DNA from: Bacillota bacterium
Lineage (GTDB): Bacteria > Bacillota > Clostridia > Oscillospirales > SIG627
Length of the DNA: 61,640 nt
Assembly (NCBI GenBank): GCA_029006345.1
Contig: JAQXGK010000075.1
Coordinates: 1-61,640 of the forward strand
Direction of reading: 5' to 3'
Below, piece after piece: positions 8,991 through 20,085 of the stretch; positions within the stretch are counted from its first letter, which is position 1; each line of letters begins with the position of its first letter. Made by a program: the position numbers and the translations under genes. A model generated the notes under the pieces. The model was given only the letters and a program-made list of their open reading frames with translations. It had not been told where the DNA came from and made no database searches.

Positions 8991-9464
8991 ATGAACAAAA
9001 GGCGCGTCGCCGGCACTGTTTTCGCCATTCTCGCGCTCTTTTCGCTGCTATTCATTTTCGCAAATTCATTGCAGAACGGGAGCCGGTCAAACTCTCTCAG
9101 CGACCCCATAATAGAAAAAGCCGCCGACGCTGTTGAAGCGGGCGGGAGCTCGGACGCCGAGCTGGTCGGATATTTCAAGAACTTTATTCGCAAAACGGCG
9201 CACATGTTCGAATTCTGCATATTCGGGACCATGTGCTATCTTGCCGCGTACTGTCTGTCCGGGCGGCATGACATTTTGGTTCTCAGCACTTCCTTTGCCG
9301 GACTGACAGCCGCCGTAATCGACGAATACATACAGTATCACACCCCGGGAAGGACCGGCATGGTACCCGATATCCTCGTGGATTTTGCCGGGGTGACATT
9401 AGGCATACTTATTTCAAGGCTGGCGGTGTATATTTATCAACGCCGCAAAAAAGACAGGGGATAA
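8991..9464 (+). CDS. VanZ family membrane protein
   Basis: 157 aa with about 4 TM segments. The KTAHMFEFCIFG and DEYIQ motifs are VanZ-like. Confidence 0.6.
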   Translation: MNKRRVAGTVFAILALFSLLFIFANSLQNGSRSNSLSDPIIEKAADAVEAGGSSDAELVGYFKNFIRKTAHMFEFCIFGTMCYLAAYCLSGRHDILVLSTSFAGLTAAVIDEYIQYHTPGRTGMVPDILVDFAGVTLGILISRLAVYIYQRRKKDRG

Positions 9465-9466
9465 AC

Positions 9467-9949
9467 TCAGTTCGCTATCTCGCCTACCTGAGCCCCGCAC
9501 AGCTTGATAATATCCGCGGGCGCAACTATTATCTGAAGCCCGCGCCGTCCGCCGCTCAAATAAATTCTGTCCCAGTCAAGAGCGGAGGAATGGAAAAAGG
9601 TCGGAAATTTCTTCTTCATACCGACGGGACTGCAGCCGCCACGGACATATCCCGTAAGCGGCAGAAGCTCCTTGACATGAATCATCTCCACGCTCTTATT
9701 GCCGCTTATTACGGCGACCGACTTCAGATTCACCGTCATGGCGACCGGAACACAGCAGACCAGAAAGCCGGTTTTATCACCGTGCATTACAAGCGTCTTA
9801 AACACTCTGCCGACCTCCTGGCCGAGAGTGTTTGCGATATGCTCGCCTGACAGGTCGCTCTCGTCCACCTCATAGGTTTCGGTTTCAAACGGTATTTTTG
9901 CATTTTCCAAAATGCGTACGGCATTTGTCTTTGCCTGTTTTGCCGACAC
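9467..9949 (-). CDS. ybaK: Cys-tRNA(Pro)/Cys-tRNA(Cys) deacylase YbaK
   Basis: 160 aa with a YbaK-like N-terminus (TNAVRILENAKIPFETETYEV) and ..GGCSPVG. It uses a GTG start. Confidence 0.8.
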   Translation of the reverse strand: MSAKQAKTNAVRILENAKIPFETETYEVDESDLSGEHIANTLGQEVGRVFKTLVMHGDKTGFLVCCVPVAMTVNLKSVAVISGNKSVEMIHVKELLPLTGYVRGGCSPVGMKKKFPTFFHSSALDWDRIYLSGGRRGLQIIVAPADIIKLCGAQVGEIAN

Positions 9950-9971
9950 GGAAATACACCCCTTTACACAT

Positions 9972-10012
9972 GAAAAGCGCCCGCGAAATAAGCGATTCGC
10001 GGGCGCTTCTTT
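9972..10012 (-). terminator. hairpin terminator after the capA-like gene (bidirectional shape)
   Basis: AGCGCCCGCGAA-loop-TTCGCGGGCGCT (12-bp stem) flanked by an A-run and a T-run. Confidence 0.6.
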
Positions 10013-11608
10013 TTACTTTGTTTTTGAAATCGATATAACGCTCAGGTCGTCCGCCGTCACCCTGTACTTTTTATTGATTACCTTGGAATTATTCACTATT
10101 TCGTCTCTGACGGCTGTTGCCGACGAGTCAAATACAAGCGACGGAGCGAGCTCAGAGGTTTTTATCGGATATATTTCGGGGGTTGCCGCCGTGACACTGT
10201 CGCCGTCAAGCGTGAAGGTCTGGCTGAAAATGAAGCCTCTGTCTCCGGCAAGTCCGGCATCCTTCTGGCCGGCGTATGAAATATCGCCGGGGCTGTACAC
10301 TATCGTACCGCTGCGCGACTGGCCGGTGTACTTCTCCATGCCCATTATTACATGAGGCCCCGAACCGAGAACAAGGTCTGCTCCGTTGTCTATCGCTGCT
10401 CTCGCGGTCTTAGGCAGAATATTGTCTACCTCTGTGTTGTACAGTCCGTCTGCCGAGCCGCTTGCCGCCCAGTTGAACGCGGCAACAACAATTTTCGCAC
10501 CGTTGTCTCGCGCAGTCTGGATATCTGCCTTCGGCTGGTCTACAAGCGCGCTCTTTGCGCCGATCATATTATACGAAACGACCGCTATCTTTGCCTTGTC
10601 GCTTTCAAAGTATGCGATATTTGAGTTTTCCTTTGCCGTACAGGAGAAAATTTCAAGCTCCGAGAGCACTTTTACCGTATCGGCAATGCCCTCGTCGCCG
10701 TAGTCGTTCATATGACTTCCGGTGAGCTCTGCAAGCTCGACGCCGCCATCCTTGAGCATCTGCGCGTAGGTGGGATCGCCCTTGATGGCGCTTATGCCGT
10801 TTGTCATGGAATTTGAGGAGGTAAGAGGGCTCTGAAGATTGACTATTGAAAGGGTATCTGCCGAGAATACCGGTGTAAGTCCGTAAAGCGGGAAGCCGGT
10901 ACTGCCGTACTCGGCATACTGAGAAGCAAAGGTGCTGTCGGAGGTATTGCTGATATAGTCGCCCAGCACAAGATTTCCGCCGAAAGATACGGTGACCGCA
11001 TTCTTGTCCTCAAGCTTCTGCCGGTTGTAAATCGCAAGCATGGCACGCACAAAGCTGCCGTTTTCCGAGGTGTCGAACTTGGGATAGTGCATTTTAATCT
11101 CGTTTTCGGTGTCTGCCTCAGCGGCGGCGGCAGCGGCGGTCGGATAGATACCGTCGAGCTCGCTCAGCATGAGCGACACTCTGCTGGAAAAGCTGGAGGC
11201 GTCGGCAAAAGGTGTGTCTATTATACCCTTGAACAGCGCCGCAAGCCCCGTAAAGTACGCTGCCCCATCGGCGTCCTGCTGCTCGCTTGACAGGTACTCG
11301 CCCGCCTTGCCCAGATTCTCTATAAGCTTGGGAAGCGACTCCTTATACTCCTTGTCGTTTTCAACGGCAAGCCGTGTGATGAACTGCTCGGCTTCATTTG
11401 CAATCTTAATGACCGTGTCGCGCGTAAACACGCTGTCGGCACCGCTCTCAACAGGGGCGGTCTCGTCTGTTGCCGGTTCGTCTGTCGCGGTCATATTCCC
11501 GTTGGCGTTGGCGCCTGCGTTTCTCAAATCTACGAGGTTGAACATCATCGATATCGACACGCAGAACACCACCACGCAGAGGATCAGGCAAATAAGCTTG
11601 GCTTTCAT
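10013..11608 (-). CDS. CapA family (metallophosphatase-like) exported protein
   Basis: 531 aa. N-terminal TM anchor, a long linker, then a CapA-like region (VSFGGNLVLGDY.., VVAAFNW, LVLGSGPHV). Confidence 0.6.
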   Translation of the reverse strand: MKAKLICLILCVVVFCVSISMMFNLVDLRNAGANANGNMTATDEPATDETAPVESGADSVFTRDTVIKIANEAEQFITRLAVENDKEYKESLPKLIENLGKAGEYLSSEQQDADGAAYFTGLAALFKGIIDTPFADASSFSSRVSLMLSELDGIYPTAAAAAAEADTENEIKMHYPKFDTSENGSFVRAMLAIYNRQKLEDKNAVTVSFGGNLVLGDYISNTSDSTFASQYAEYGSTGFPLYGLTPVFSADTLSIVNLQSPLTSSNSMTNGISAIKGDPTYAQMLKDGGVELAELTGSHMNDYGDEGIADTVKVLSELEIFSCTAKENSNIAYFESDKAKIAVVSYNMIGAKSALVDQPKADIQTARDNGAKIVVAAFNWAASGSADGLYNTEVDNILPKTARAAIDNGADLVLGSGPHVIMGMEKYTGQSRSGTIVYSPGDISYAGQKDAGLAGDRGFIFSQTFTLDGDSVTAATPEIYPIKTSELAPSLVFDSSATAVRDEIVNNSKVINKKYRVTADDLSVISISKTK

Positions 11609-11755
11609 GAATAATTCACATCCTTATTATAGATATCTATACACAAAGGCTAAATTACCGATACTGTTATAATGATTTATTTCATATTTTAACATATATT
11701 ATCCGAGTTGAAAAGAGATTTTTGAAACTTTGGCAATATTGCCGTATTTCTCTGT

Positions 11756-12370
11756 TCAGAACACGGCATAACGCTCGGGGATCTCGCCCGCAATAATCGT
11801 CTCGGCAATACATACGGTATCCTCCACCGCAACCTCGCCGCTTCCACCGGGAAAAGCGAGGGTAAAGGTCAGCCCGACCGACAGCAATATCCTGTGGCGC
11901 GTCTGGTTTATTCCGACAGCCGCAAAATCATTGTCAAGCGTGCTGACTACGCTGCCGACCGACACTATTCTGACCGGGATATCCGGTCCACGGCCCGAGG
12001 TAATAAAAGAGCCGAGAGCATTACCGAGAGGGACCGAAATGCTCTCGGCATCAATACTATCAAGTCTGTCCGCTATCAGCTCCGTCAGCTCGCTCTTAAA
12101 GCGATTGACCTTATCCATATCGCACTGAAGAGAAACAATGCGCCCGTCCGCCGAACGCTTTTCGACCACCAGCGCCGAGTAATCCAGGCCGTCGCGCTCC
12201 ACAAGCTGCAGGACGCTTTCGTTAATAATCCTTGCTGCCTCGCGCTCGGCTTGCGCCCTTGCCATCGCCTCTACCGTCGGAGACAGTCTGACAGCGGCCG
12301 CTATCAGCAGAGCGTTAAGCAGAGTCAACACGACGGCAATTACAATAAATACCTTCCTTTTTTTGCTCAC
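11756..12370 (-). CDS. yunB: sporulation protein YunB
   Basis: 204 aa. N-terminal TM helix, then the YunB-like core (VPLGNALGS..., GINQTRHRILLSV, IAETIIAGEIPERY). Confidence 0.65.
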   Translation of the reverse strand: MSKKRKVFIVIAVVLTLLNALLIAAAVRLSPTVEAMARAQAEREAARIINESVLQLVERDGLDYSALVVEKRSADGRIVSLQCDMDKVNRFKSELTELIADRLDSIDAESISVPLGNALGSFITSGRGPDIPVRIVSVGSVVSTLDNDFAAVGINQTRHRILLSVGLTFTLAFPGGSGEVAVEDTVCIAETIIAGEIPERYAVF

Positions 12371-12500
12371 GGGAGCTCCTTTCGCACAATTATTTACTAA
12401 TTTATATTATTCGCCGCGACATTTATTGCCACAAACTGTCCCGGGGCACGCAAAAACGCCGCCCTATATTCGTTAATATGGCATATATTTGAAAAATCTC

Positions 12501-12529
12501 TTGATAAAATCACTCTCAGAAGATATAAT
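12501..12529 (+). promoter_or_regulatory. sigma-A promoter upstream of secA (TTGATA-17-TATAAT)
   Basis: -35 at 12501-12506 and -10 at 12524-12529 with a 17-nt spacer. Confidence 0.6.
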
Positions 12530-12587
12530 GTAAGTTGGATTTTTATAGTGCGGTCATTTTCGGCCGCCGTCCGGAAAGGAAATCTGT

Positions 12588-15353
12588 ATGGGAATAGTAT
12601 CCAAGATATTCGGAACGCATTCGAGCCACGAAATCAAAAGGCTCATGCCGACAGTTAATAAAATAGAAGCTCTGGAAGACAAATACAAGGCCATGTCGGA
12701 CGAGCAGCTCAAAGCCGAAACTCCCCGTCTGAAGGAATGCCTTAAAAACGGCGCATCGCTCGACGATCTGCTGCCGGAGGCCTTCGCCACCGTAAGAGAG
12801 GCGGCGGCGCGGGTTATCGGTCTGCGCCACTACAGGGTACAGCTTATCGGCGGTATCGTACTGCATCAGGGCAGAATAGCCGAAATGAAAACCGGCGAAG
12901 GTAAGACGCTGGTCGCCACCCTGCCCGCATACCTGAATGCCTTGACAGGTGAAAACGTTCACATAGTCACAGTCAACGACTATCTTGCCCGCCGAGACAG
13001 CGAATGGATGGGCAAGGTGTATAATTTTCTCGGAATGACCACCGGGCTTGTCGTTCCCGGACAAACCGCCGAGGAAAAGCACGCCGCCTACAACGCCGAT
13101 ATAACCTACGGAACCAACAATGAATTCGGCTTCGACTACCTGCGTGACAACATGGTAGTGTATAAAAAGGACATCGTTCAGCGCGGCCATTCATTCGCCA
13201 TAGTCGACGAGGTCGACAGCATTCTGATAGACGAAGCGCGCACGCCGCTTATCATTTCAGGCATGGGCGAAAACTCCACAGCGCTGTACGGCGCCGCGGA
13301 CGCATTCGCAAAAAAACTCAAGCCGTACATCATAAAGGAAACCGACACAAAGCAGCTTGACGACGATATCGACGGCGACTATATAGTTGATGAAAAGGCG
13401 CGCACGGCAACGCTCACCGCAAAGGGCATAGCCAAGGCGGAAAAGCACTGGAATCTGGAAAATCTCGGCGACGCCGAAAACGCCACGCTCAACCATCACA
13501 TCATGCAGGCGATAAAGGCTGTCGGAGTCATGAAAAAGGACGTCGATTACATAGTAAAGGACGGCGCCGTTATAATAGTAGACACCTTCACCGGCCGCTT
13601 GATGCCGGGCAGACGCTATTCGGACGGCCTGCATCAGGCAATCGAGGCTAAGGAAGGCGTCAAGGTGGAGCGCGAAAGCAAAACGCTCGCCACGATTACC
13701 TTCCAGAACTACTTCCGTCTCTTCAAAAAGCTGTCCGGCATGACCGGTACCGCTCTGACCGAGGAACAGGAATTCAGAGAGACATACTCTCTCGACGTTG
13801 TAGAGATACCCACTAACAAGCCGATGGTACGCATAGACCAGAATGACAGGGTCTACAAGTCGGTCGCGGGTAAATATCACGCAATTATAGAGGAAATCAA
13901 AGCGGCACACGCCAAGGGCCAGCCCGTACTGGTCGGCACCGTATCGATAGACAAGAGCGAATTACTCGCCAAAATGCTTTCCAAGGAGGGCATTCCGCAC
14001 AACATCCTGAATGCAAAGCACCATCAGAAGGAGGCTGAGATAGTCGCTCAGGCCGGCAGTCTCGGCGCGGTTACCATCTCCACCAATATGGCGGGCCGAG
14101 GAACCGACATCAAGCTCGGCGGCAACCCCGAATACATGGCGATGACTCAGCTTCGCCGCGAGGGCATGACTGAGGAAATGATAGCCAATGCCGACAGCTT
14201 CTTTGCAACCGACGACGAGGAAATACTGACCGCAAGACAGCATTATTCCGAGCTTGTGGACAAGTACAAAAAGGAGCTTGAGCCGGAAATAGCCAAGGTC
14301 AAGGCCGCCGGCGGACTGTACATCATAGGCACCGAGCGTCACGAATCGCGCCGTATCGATAACCAGCTTCGCGGCCGTTCCGGACGTCAGGGAGACGAAG
14401 GAACCTCGATATTCTTCCTTTCGTTTGAGGACGATCTTATGCGTCTTTTCGGCGGCGACAGAATTATTAACGTCGTAAACGCGCTCAAAATCGAGGAAGA
14501 TCAGCCCATTGACGCGAAAATAATAGCAAATCAAATAGAAAACGCTCAGAAGCGCCTTGAGGGTCAAAACTTCGAACGCCGCAAAAACGTCATTATGTAC
14601 GACGACGTCATGAACGAACAGCGCAAGGTGATTTACAACCAGCGCCGCGCGGTGCTGGACGGCGAAAGCGTCAAGCCGAGCATCATGACCATGCTCGACA
14701 ACCTTATCGAAGAATCGGTCATGAGCTACTGCTCGTCGGATGTGCCGGACGAATGGAACTTTGCGTCGCTCAAGGCTCAGTTTATGGGAATTCTGACAAA
14801 CGAGGACGACTTCAAATACAGCCAGACGGACTTGATAGGTCTTACCCGCGAAAGCATTACGGAAATGCTGACCGAAAGGGCCCACAAGCGCTACGAGGAA
14901 AAGGAAGCGCTGTTCGGCGAGGAGCAGTTCCGTGAGGTAGAGCGGAGAATCCTTCTGCGCAATGTCGATCTGAAATGGATGGATCACATTGACGCAATGA
15001 GCGACCTTATGGGAAGCATCGGACTTCAGTCATACGGTCAGAGAAAGCCGATAGTCGAATACAAGATAGTCGGCGCGCAGATGTTTGACGAAATGATAGC
15101 CGCCATCCGTCACGATACGGTAATGATGCTTCTTTCGGCAATTCCGCGGCCGGTGGAAAGCGCGCGCGAGCAGGTGGCAAAGATTACCGGCGCGTCTCAC
15201 GGCTCGGCATCAGACGGCTCCGTCAGCCGTCAGCCAAAGCGCAATACTGCGGCCGAAAAGGTCGGCAGAAACGATCCCTGCCCCTGCGGCAGCGGCAAAA
15301 AGTACAAAAAGTGCTGCGGCGCTCAGGGCGGCAACTCTCAGGAAAACGGATGA
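12588..15353 (+). CDS. secA: preprotein translocase ATPase SecA
   Basis: 921 aa with Walker [28 protein letters not shown], and the C-terminal zinc motif [14 protein letters not shown]. Confidence 0.97.
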   Translation: MGIVSKIFGTHSSHEIKRLMPTVNKIEALEDKYKAMSDEQLKAETPRLKECLKNGASLDDLLPEAFATVREAAARVIGLRHYRVQLIGGIVLHQGRIAEMKTGEGKTLVATLPAYLNALTGENVHIVTVNDYLARRDSEWMGKVYNFLGMTTGLVVPGQTAEEKHAAYNADITYGTNNEFGFDYLRDNMVVYKKDIVQRGHSFAIVDEVDSILIDEARTPLIISGMGENSTALYGAADAFAKKLKPYIIKETDTKQLDDDIDGDYIVDEKARTATLTAKGIAKAEKHWNLENLGDAENATLNHHIMQAIKAVGVMKKDVDYIVKDGAVIIVDTFTGRLMPGRRYSDGLHQAIEAKEGVKVERESKTLATITFQNYFRLFKKLSGMTGTALTEEQEFRETYSLDVVEIPTNKPMVRIDQNDRVYKSVAGKYHAIIEEIKAAHAKGQPVLVGTVSIDKSELLAKMLSKEGIPHNILNAKHHQKEAEIVAQAGSLGAVTISTNMAGRGTDIKLGGNPEYMAMTQLRREGMTEEMIANADSFFATDDEEILTARQHYSELVDKYKKELEPEIAKVKAAGGLYIIGTERHESRRIDNQLRGRSGRQGDEGTSIFFLSFEDDLMRLFGGDRIINVVNALKIEEDQPIDAKIIANQIENAQKRLEGQNFERRKNVIMYDDVMNEQRKVIYNQRRAVLDGESVKPSIMTMLDNLIEESVMSYCSSDVPDEWNFASLKAQFMGILTNEDDFKYSQTDLIGLTRESITEMLTERAHKRYEEKEALFGEEQFREVERRILLRNVDLKWMDHIDAMSDLMGSIGLQSYGQRKPIVEYKIVGAQMFDEMIAAIRHDTVMMLLSAIPRPVESAREQVAKITGASHGSASDGSVSRQPKRNTAAEKVGRNDPCPCGSGKKYKKCCGAQGGNSQENG

Positions 15354-15416
15354 CCGGCCGCCTGAATCCTCAGTATTAAACAACCGACAAAACACGATAA
15401 AGGAACGGTAACGCAA

Positions 15417-16004
15417 ATGGGCTTCGGGTTGTTATTTTTCGGCTACATTTTCCTCTGCAACTTCGGAATAATGAGTATCGGCACCAACATGGCATTCGAT
15501 TTCTTTCCGGATGTTATCGGCTGGGTGATTATGCTTGTCGGACTGATAAAGTTATCCCCATACGCGCGCATACTCAAGGGCGCGGCGGCAACGGCGGCTG
15601 TTATGATTCCGGTCAGCCTGTATTCCCTAATGTATAATTTTCTTGTGCTCGGTTTTTTGGGAACGGCGTCCGATAAGATATATACGGCGGTTGTATATAT
15701 ATCAATCGCGGCGCTTCCGGTATTTTATTTCTTCATGTCCAAGGGAGTCCGCGAAATACTGCTCTCCTGCAACAATCTCGAAAAGCCGGCAAGGATTCTG
15801 AATATAAGCTTTGTCATCACGGCAGTTTACTCTGCGCTGGCGATAGCCAACGAGATAAATACAGTCCTGCATTTCGTAGAGAGTCAAAAGACTCTCGCGA
15901 TAGTAAACTCGGTAATACAAATACTGAATGCCGCATGGCTTCTCATGGGTGCCTATGCGCTTCTCAAGGCATTTTTCAGCGTTACGCTGACGGACAACAA
16001 ATAA
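15417..16004 (+). CDS. polytopic membrane protein, unknown function (paralog of the next gene)
   Basis: 195 aa with about 6 hydrophobic helices. Its N-terminus, MGFGLLFFGY...DFFPDVIGWVIMLVGLIKL, matches the start of the next ORF. Confidence 0.5.
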   Translation: MGFGLLFFGYIFLCNFGIMSIGTNMAFDFFPDVIGWVIMLVGLIKLSPYARILKGAAATAAVMIPVSLYSLMYNFLVLGFLGTASDKIYTAVVYISIAALPVFYFFMSKGVREILLSCNNLEKPARILNISFVITAVYSALAIANEINTVLHFVESQKTLAIVNSVIQILNAAWLLMGAYALLKAFFSVTLTDNK

Positions 16005-16023
16005 CAAAAGGGTCAAAAAGTAT

Positions 16024-17364
16024 ATGGGCTTTAACCTAATTTTTATCGGTTTTCTTTTCACGGCGATACCCGGAATAGGCATAGTCGATCCGGTTCCGGA
16101 CTTTATCGGCTGGATGCTAATCTCCCGCGGGCTGTCAAGGCTTTGCTACACCGACGCAAGGTTCAGCCTTGCGAAGCGGTATTCCAACTACCTGATTGCA
16201 GCCAATCTTATCAAGTTTTTACTGATTTTTACGGTGGGAATGGTTGACGACACAATGCTTCTCGTCTACTGCTTCTCCTTCGCCGTCCTTGAAATCTATG
16301 TCGGAACAATGTGGGCGAACAGCTTTTTCTCGGGCTGTGACTATACGCTTTCTCAATGCCAATCGCCTGTTTCAAATCTTGTTTCCGAAGCAAAATTCCT
16401 GTTTTTGCTGGCTGTTATCGCCCGCGCGGTGCTGACGGCACTTCCGGAGTTTTTCTCGATAGCCGATCCCTCGGTCACCGGCGAATATTCGCCGGGTGCG
16501 GTGATAAGCGCAAGCGTCTTCCCCCTCGTGCGCAACGGAGCGAGAATAGCGGGATTTGTCGGATCATTCGGAATCGGGATTTACAGCTCTGTCAAGCTGC
16601 ATTTCTTTACAAAGCTCTGCCGCCTTGATAAAAGCCATCAGGCTTATCTTGAGCAAAAATATCGGGAAAACTATCTCAACAACCCGTCGTTTTTGATATC
16701 TCACACGGTGAAGGGCGCCGCAAATCTTGTGTCGGTCGGCGTATTCTTCCTCATCGGTCTGTATATCGACAAGGTCAACGTGATACCGAGTACGGTATTC
16801 TTTGTAATAGCCTATATTGCCCTGCGGCAGATAAAGAAGGTCGCAAAGGTCAAAAACTCGGCGATTCTGCTTTCACTTGCCGGGATACTCGTCTCTCTCG
16901 CCGCGCACGCGCTGCAAATTTACTATGCTGTTAAATATGCGGGCAGCTACAACGAGCTGTTTTCCTCTCTGATTGCCCCGAAGATAATCGGTACGGCAAC
17001 GGCGGTTATTACGGCGGCGCTTTTGATATACATCATTTTGCTTGTCAACCGAATAGCGCTGAACTATATCAAGGTTCTTCCCTCTCAGGGCGGTATGGCA
17101 GTAAGCGCTGTCAATACGCTCGCCAAGCGAAGCGTATTTCACTCAAGCGGCATCGGCAAGCTGTGCCTTTTATGCATACCGCTTGCGGCGGCGCTGGCGT
17201 GTCTGAACGCTGTCGTTTATTTTCTTCCGACAACCGGCTCGCTCTTTATGACGCTTACAGCTTTGTACGGGCTTATTTTCGGCGTGTTGTTCACGGCACT
17301 GGCCGGCAGGATAAATTCATACGAGGTATGGAGTATAAAAGACACGGAATATAAAGTAGACTAA
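16024..17364 (+). CDS. polytopic membrane protein, unknown function (paralog of the previous gene, longer)
   Basis: 446 aa and multi-TM. Its N-terminus is MGFNLIFIGF...DPVPDFIGWMLISRGLSRL. Confidence 0.5.
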   Translation: MGFNLIFIGFLFTAIPGIGIVDPVPDFIGWMLISRGLSRLCYTDARFSLAKRYSNYLIAANLIKFLLIFTVGMVDDTMLLVYCFSFAVLEIYVGTMWANSFFSGCDYTLSQCQSPVSNLVSEAKFLFLLAVIARAVLTALPEFFSIADPSVTGEYSPGAVISASVFPLVRNGARIAGFVGSFGIGIYSSVKLHFFTKLCRLDKSHQAYLEQKYRENYLNNPSFLISHTVKGAANLVSVGVFFLIGLYIDKVNVIPSTVFFVIAYIALRQIKKVAKVKNSAILLSLAGILVSLAAHALQIYYAVKYAGSYNELFSSLIAPKIIGTATAVITAALLIYIILLVNRIALNYIKVLPSQGGMAVSAVNTLAKRSVFHSSGIGKLCLLCIPLAAALACLNAVVYFLPTTGSLFMTLTALYGLIFGVLFTALAGRINSYEVWSIKDTEYKVD

Positions 17365-17415
17365 CCGAGGCAAAAAACAAGATAAAAAAATAACAGGAAT
17401 CAGGAGACTAAGACT

Positions 17416-19314
17416 TTGTGCGGATTTGCAGGAATTTACAGAAAAGAACCGGTAAAGGACTGGGAAAAAGAAAATATAAATGAGATGTCGAAATCCATTC
17501 ACTACCGCGGACCCGACGACAGCAAGCTGGTGCTGGACGACCGCATAGCTCTGGCTTTCAGACGTCTCTCGATTATCGACCTCGAAAAAGGAAGTCAGCC
17601 CTTTACACTTTTCGACGGCAAGATAATCGGCATTTTCAACGGCGAGATTTACAACTACCGCATTCTTCGCGACGAGCTTATCGCCAAGGGAGAAAGCTTC
17701 ACCACCAACAGCGAGATAGAGGTCATGCTCAAGCTGTTTTATCTTGAGGGGCCGTCGTTTATCAACCGTCTGCGCGGAATGTTTGCCTTTGCCTTTTACA
17801 ACAAGGAGAAGGAAATGCTTATGCTGGGCCGCGACCCGTTCGGCATAAAGCCGCTGTATCTGCACGAAAGCGAAAACGGACTGGTATTCGCCAGCGAAAC
17901 AAAGCCGTTTTTCTTCGACAACGATTTTGCGGGCTTTTGCGTGGATAAGACACTGCTGCAGCACTATTTCACATATCAGTATGTACCCGAGCCGAAAACG
18001 CTCGGGGGCATTGACCTGCTTCCGGCGGGACATTACGCGATTTATGACGTCAAGGCGCAAAAGCCGCTGACCGTCGAGCGCTACTATGACCCGATGTTCA
18101 ATCCCAACAGGGAAATGAGCTTTGAGGACAAGGCTGCGCTTGTCAGGAAAACACTCGAGGAATCGGTAAAGGCGCACATGATAAGCGACGTCGACGTCGG
18201 AACATTCCTGTCAAGCGGTATAGATTCCACCATAATCACCGCTCTTGCGAGCAAGCTCAATCCCGGAATAAAGGCGTTTACGGTTGCCTTCGGTGTTAAG
18301 GAGTATTCCGAAATAGACGACGCAACGGCAATATCCAAGCATCTCGATGTCGAGCATATCAAGCTTATCGGCACCTGCGACGACTTCAAGAATGCATTTG
18401 AAAAGGTTGTGTGGCACTTAGACAGCCCGGTTGCCGACCCTTCGACAGTTGCTATTTACCTTATCTGCCGGGAAGCGGCGCGTCACCTCAAGGTCGTGCT
18501 GTCCGGAGAGGGCGCGGACGAACTGTTCGGCGGCTACAAGGTGTACGGCGAGCAACTGTATTCCGGCAAGATTTATTCCCTGCCCGGCTTTATCAAGAGC
18601 TTTCTTGCATGGCTTGCGCGCATACTCCCGGAGAATGTCCGCGGCAAGCATCTTCTGGAACGCGGCACCACGCCGCTCGAAAAGAGATATGTCGGCAACG
18701 CCTTCATATTCAACGAACAGGAAAAGAAGCCGTTTCTCAAAACCTTTGACCCTGACGTACACTTCAGCTCGCTGACGGCTCCGGTATATCAGGCGGCAAA
18801 GCAAGCCGGGCTCTCACCCATGCTTCAGATGCAGTACGTTGATATGCACACCTGGATACGCGGCGACATTCTGACAAAGGGCGACAGGCTGTCAATGGCT
18901 CATTCGCTGGAGGTGCGCGTGCCGTTCCTCGACCGCGAGGTTTTCCGCGTGGCAAGCATGCTGACAGACGACGACAAGCTGTCGCACAAAACCACAAAAT
19001 ATATCCTCAGATACGCCTTCCGCGACCTTGTGGACGAAGCGACCTTTATGCGTCCTAAGCTCGGCTATCCCGTGCCCGTAAGAGCTTGGCTCAAAAACGA
19101 GCTTTACGATTGGGCAAAGGACATTATCGAGAACTCAACCGCAACCGACTACATAGTAACAAGCGAGGCGCTCAAGATGCTGGACGAGCATCGCGACGGC
19201 ACCCGCGACAACTACCGCAAGCTCTGGACAATACTTGTATTTATTACCTGGTACAGGCTTTTCGTCACAGACGCCGAGGGGTCAAAGAAGAAAATACTGG
19301 ACGGTACATTTTAA
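17416..19314 (+). CDS. asnB: asparagine synthase (glutamine-hydrolysing)
   Basis: 632 aa. TTG start followed by Cys2 (MCGFAGIY, the Ntn amidotransferase nucleophile). PP-loop LSSGIDST, and SGEGADELFGGY. Confidence 0.9.
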   Translation: MCGFAGIYRKEPVKDWEKENINEMSKSIHYRGPDDSKLVLDDRIALAFRRLSIIDLEKGSQPFTLFDGKIIGIFNGEIYNYRILRDELIAKGESFTTNSEIEVMLKLFYLEGPSFINRLRGMFAFAFYNKEKEMLMLGRDPFGIKPLYLHESENGLVFASETKPFFFDNDFAGFCVDKTLLQHYFTYQYVPEPKTLGGIDLLPAGHYAIYDVKAQKPLTVERYYDPMFNPNREMSFEDKAALVRKTLEESVKAHMISDVDVGTFLSSGIDSTIITALASKLNPGIKAFTVAFGVKEYSEIDDATAISKHLDVEHIKLIGTCDDFKNAFEKVVWHLDSPVADPSTVAIYLICREAARHLKVVLSGEGADELFGGYKVYGEQLYSGKIYSLPGFIKSFLAWLARILPENVRGKHLLERGTTPLEKRYVGNAFIFNEQEKKPFLKTFDPDVHFSSLTAPVYQAAKQAGLSPMLQMQYVDMHTWIRGDILTKGDRLSMAHSLEVRVPFLDREVFRVASMLTDDDKLSHKTTKYILRYAFRDLVDEATFMRPKLGYPVPVRAWLKNELYDWAKDIIENSTATDYIVTSEALKMLDEHRDGTRDNYRKLWTILVFITWYRLFVTDAEGSKKKILDGTF

Positions 19315-20063
19315 TGAACAATACTGCTAAACCGGCCGCAATAATCACCGGCGGCTCCCGCGGAATCGGCGCCGCAACTGCAATAGCCTTCGCCGAAAAC
19401 GGATACAATGTCCTGATAAACTATCAGAAAAATGAGGCGGCGGCACGGGAGGTTTTGGAAAAATGCCGCTTGCTCGGCTCCGACGCTCATATGTTCTCCG
19501 CCGACGTTTCGGTCTTTGACGAGGCTCGGGCGCTGACAGACGAGGCGGTTTCGCTTTTCGGCGCGGAGAACATTTCGGCTCTTGTAAACAATGCCGGCAT
19601 AACCCGCGACACGCTGATGCTGCGCATGTCGCGCGAGAGCTTTGACGAGGTGGTCAATACTAACCTCGGAAGCACCTTCAATATGTGCCGCACAGTTTCG
19701 CCTATCATGTTCAAAAACAGGGGCGGAAGCATTATAAATATGTCGAGCGCGGCGGCTCTCCACGGCAACGCCGGTCAGGCGAACTACTCGGCATCCAAAG
19801 CGGCTGTTATCGGACTGACAAAATCGCTGGCAAAGGAACTGAGCGGACGGGGCGTTACCGTAAACGCAGTTGCGCCGGGCTTTGTCGAGACCGATATGAC
19901 AGCTAAGCTCAGCGACGCAGTTAAAGAAAAAGCCGTCGAAATGATCTCGCTCGGAAGATTTGCAAGACCCGAAGAAATCGCCTCGGTCGTTGTATTCCTC
20001 GCAAGCCGTGACGCAAGATACATCACCGGGCAGGTAATATCCGTAGACGGCGGACTTATATAG
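19314..20063 (+). CDS. fabG: 3-oxoacyl-ACP reductase FabG
   Basis: I chose the ATG at 19314 (MNNTAKPAAIITGGSRGIGAA), which overlaps the asnB stop as TAATG. The SDR catalytic motif YSASKAAV is present. The track ORF starting at 19086 is an overlap artefact. Confidence 0.9.
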   Translation: MNNTAKPAAIITGGSRGIGAATAIAFAENGYNVLINYQKNEAAAREVLEKCRLLGSDAHMFSADVSVFDEARALTDEAVSLFGAENISALVNNAGITRDTLMLRMSRESFDEVVNTNLGSTFNMCRTVSPIMFKNRGGSIINMSSAAALHGNAGQANYSASKAAVIGLTKSLAKELSGRGVTVNAVAPGFVETDMTAKLSDAVKEKAVEMISLGRFARPEEIASVVVFLASRDARYITGQVISVDGGLI

Positions 20064-20085
20064 TGAATTACATCGAAAGGACTGA

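Noticed and set aside
19086-19313. The track ORF start that gives FabG a 76-aa N-terminal extension. Similar extended starts occur at 23076, 25903 and 30910.
   Set aside because: The extensions overlap the 3' ends of upstream genes in another frame and are Arg-rich nonsense. Internal ATGs with SDs give canonical N-termini.
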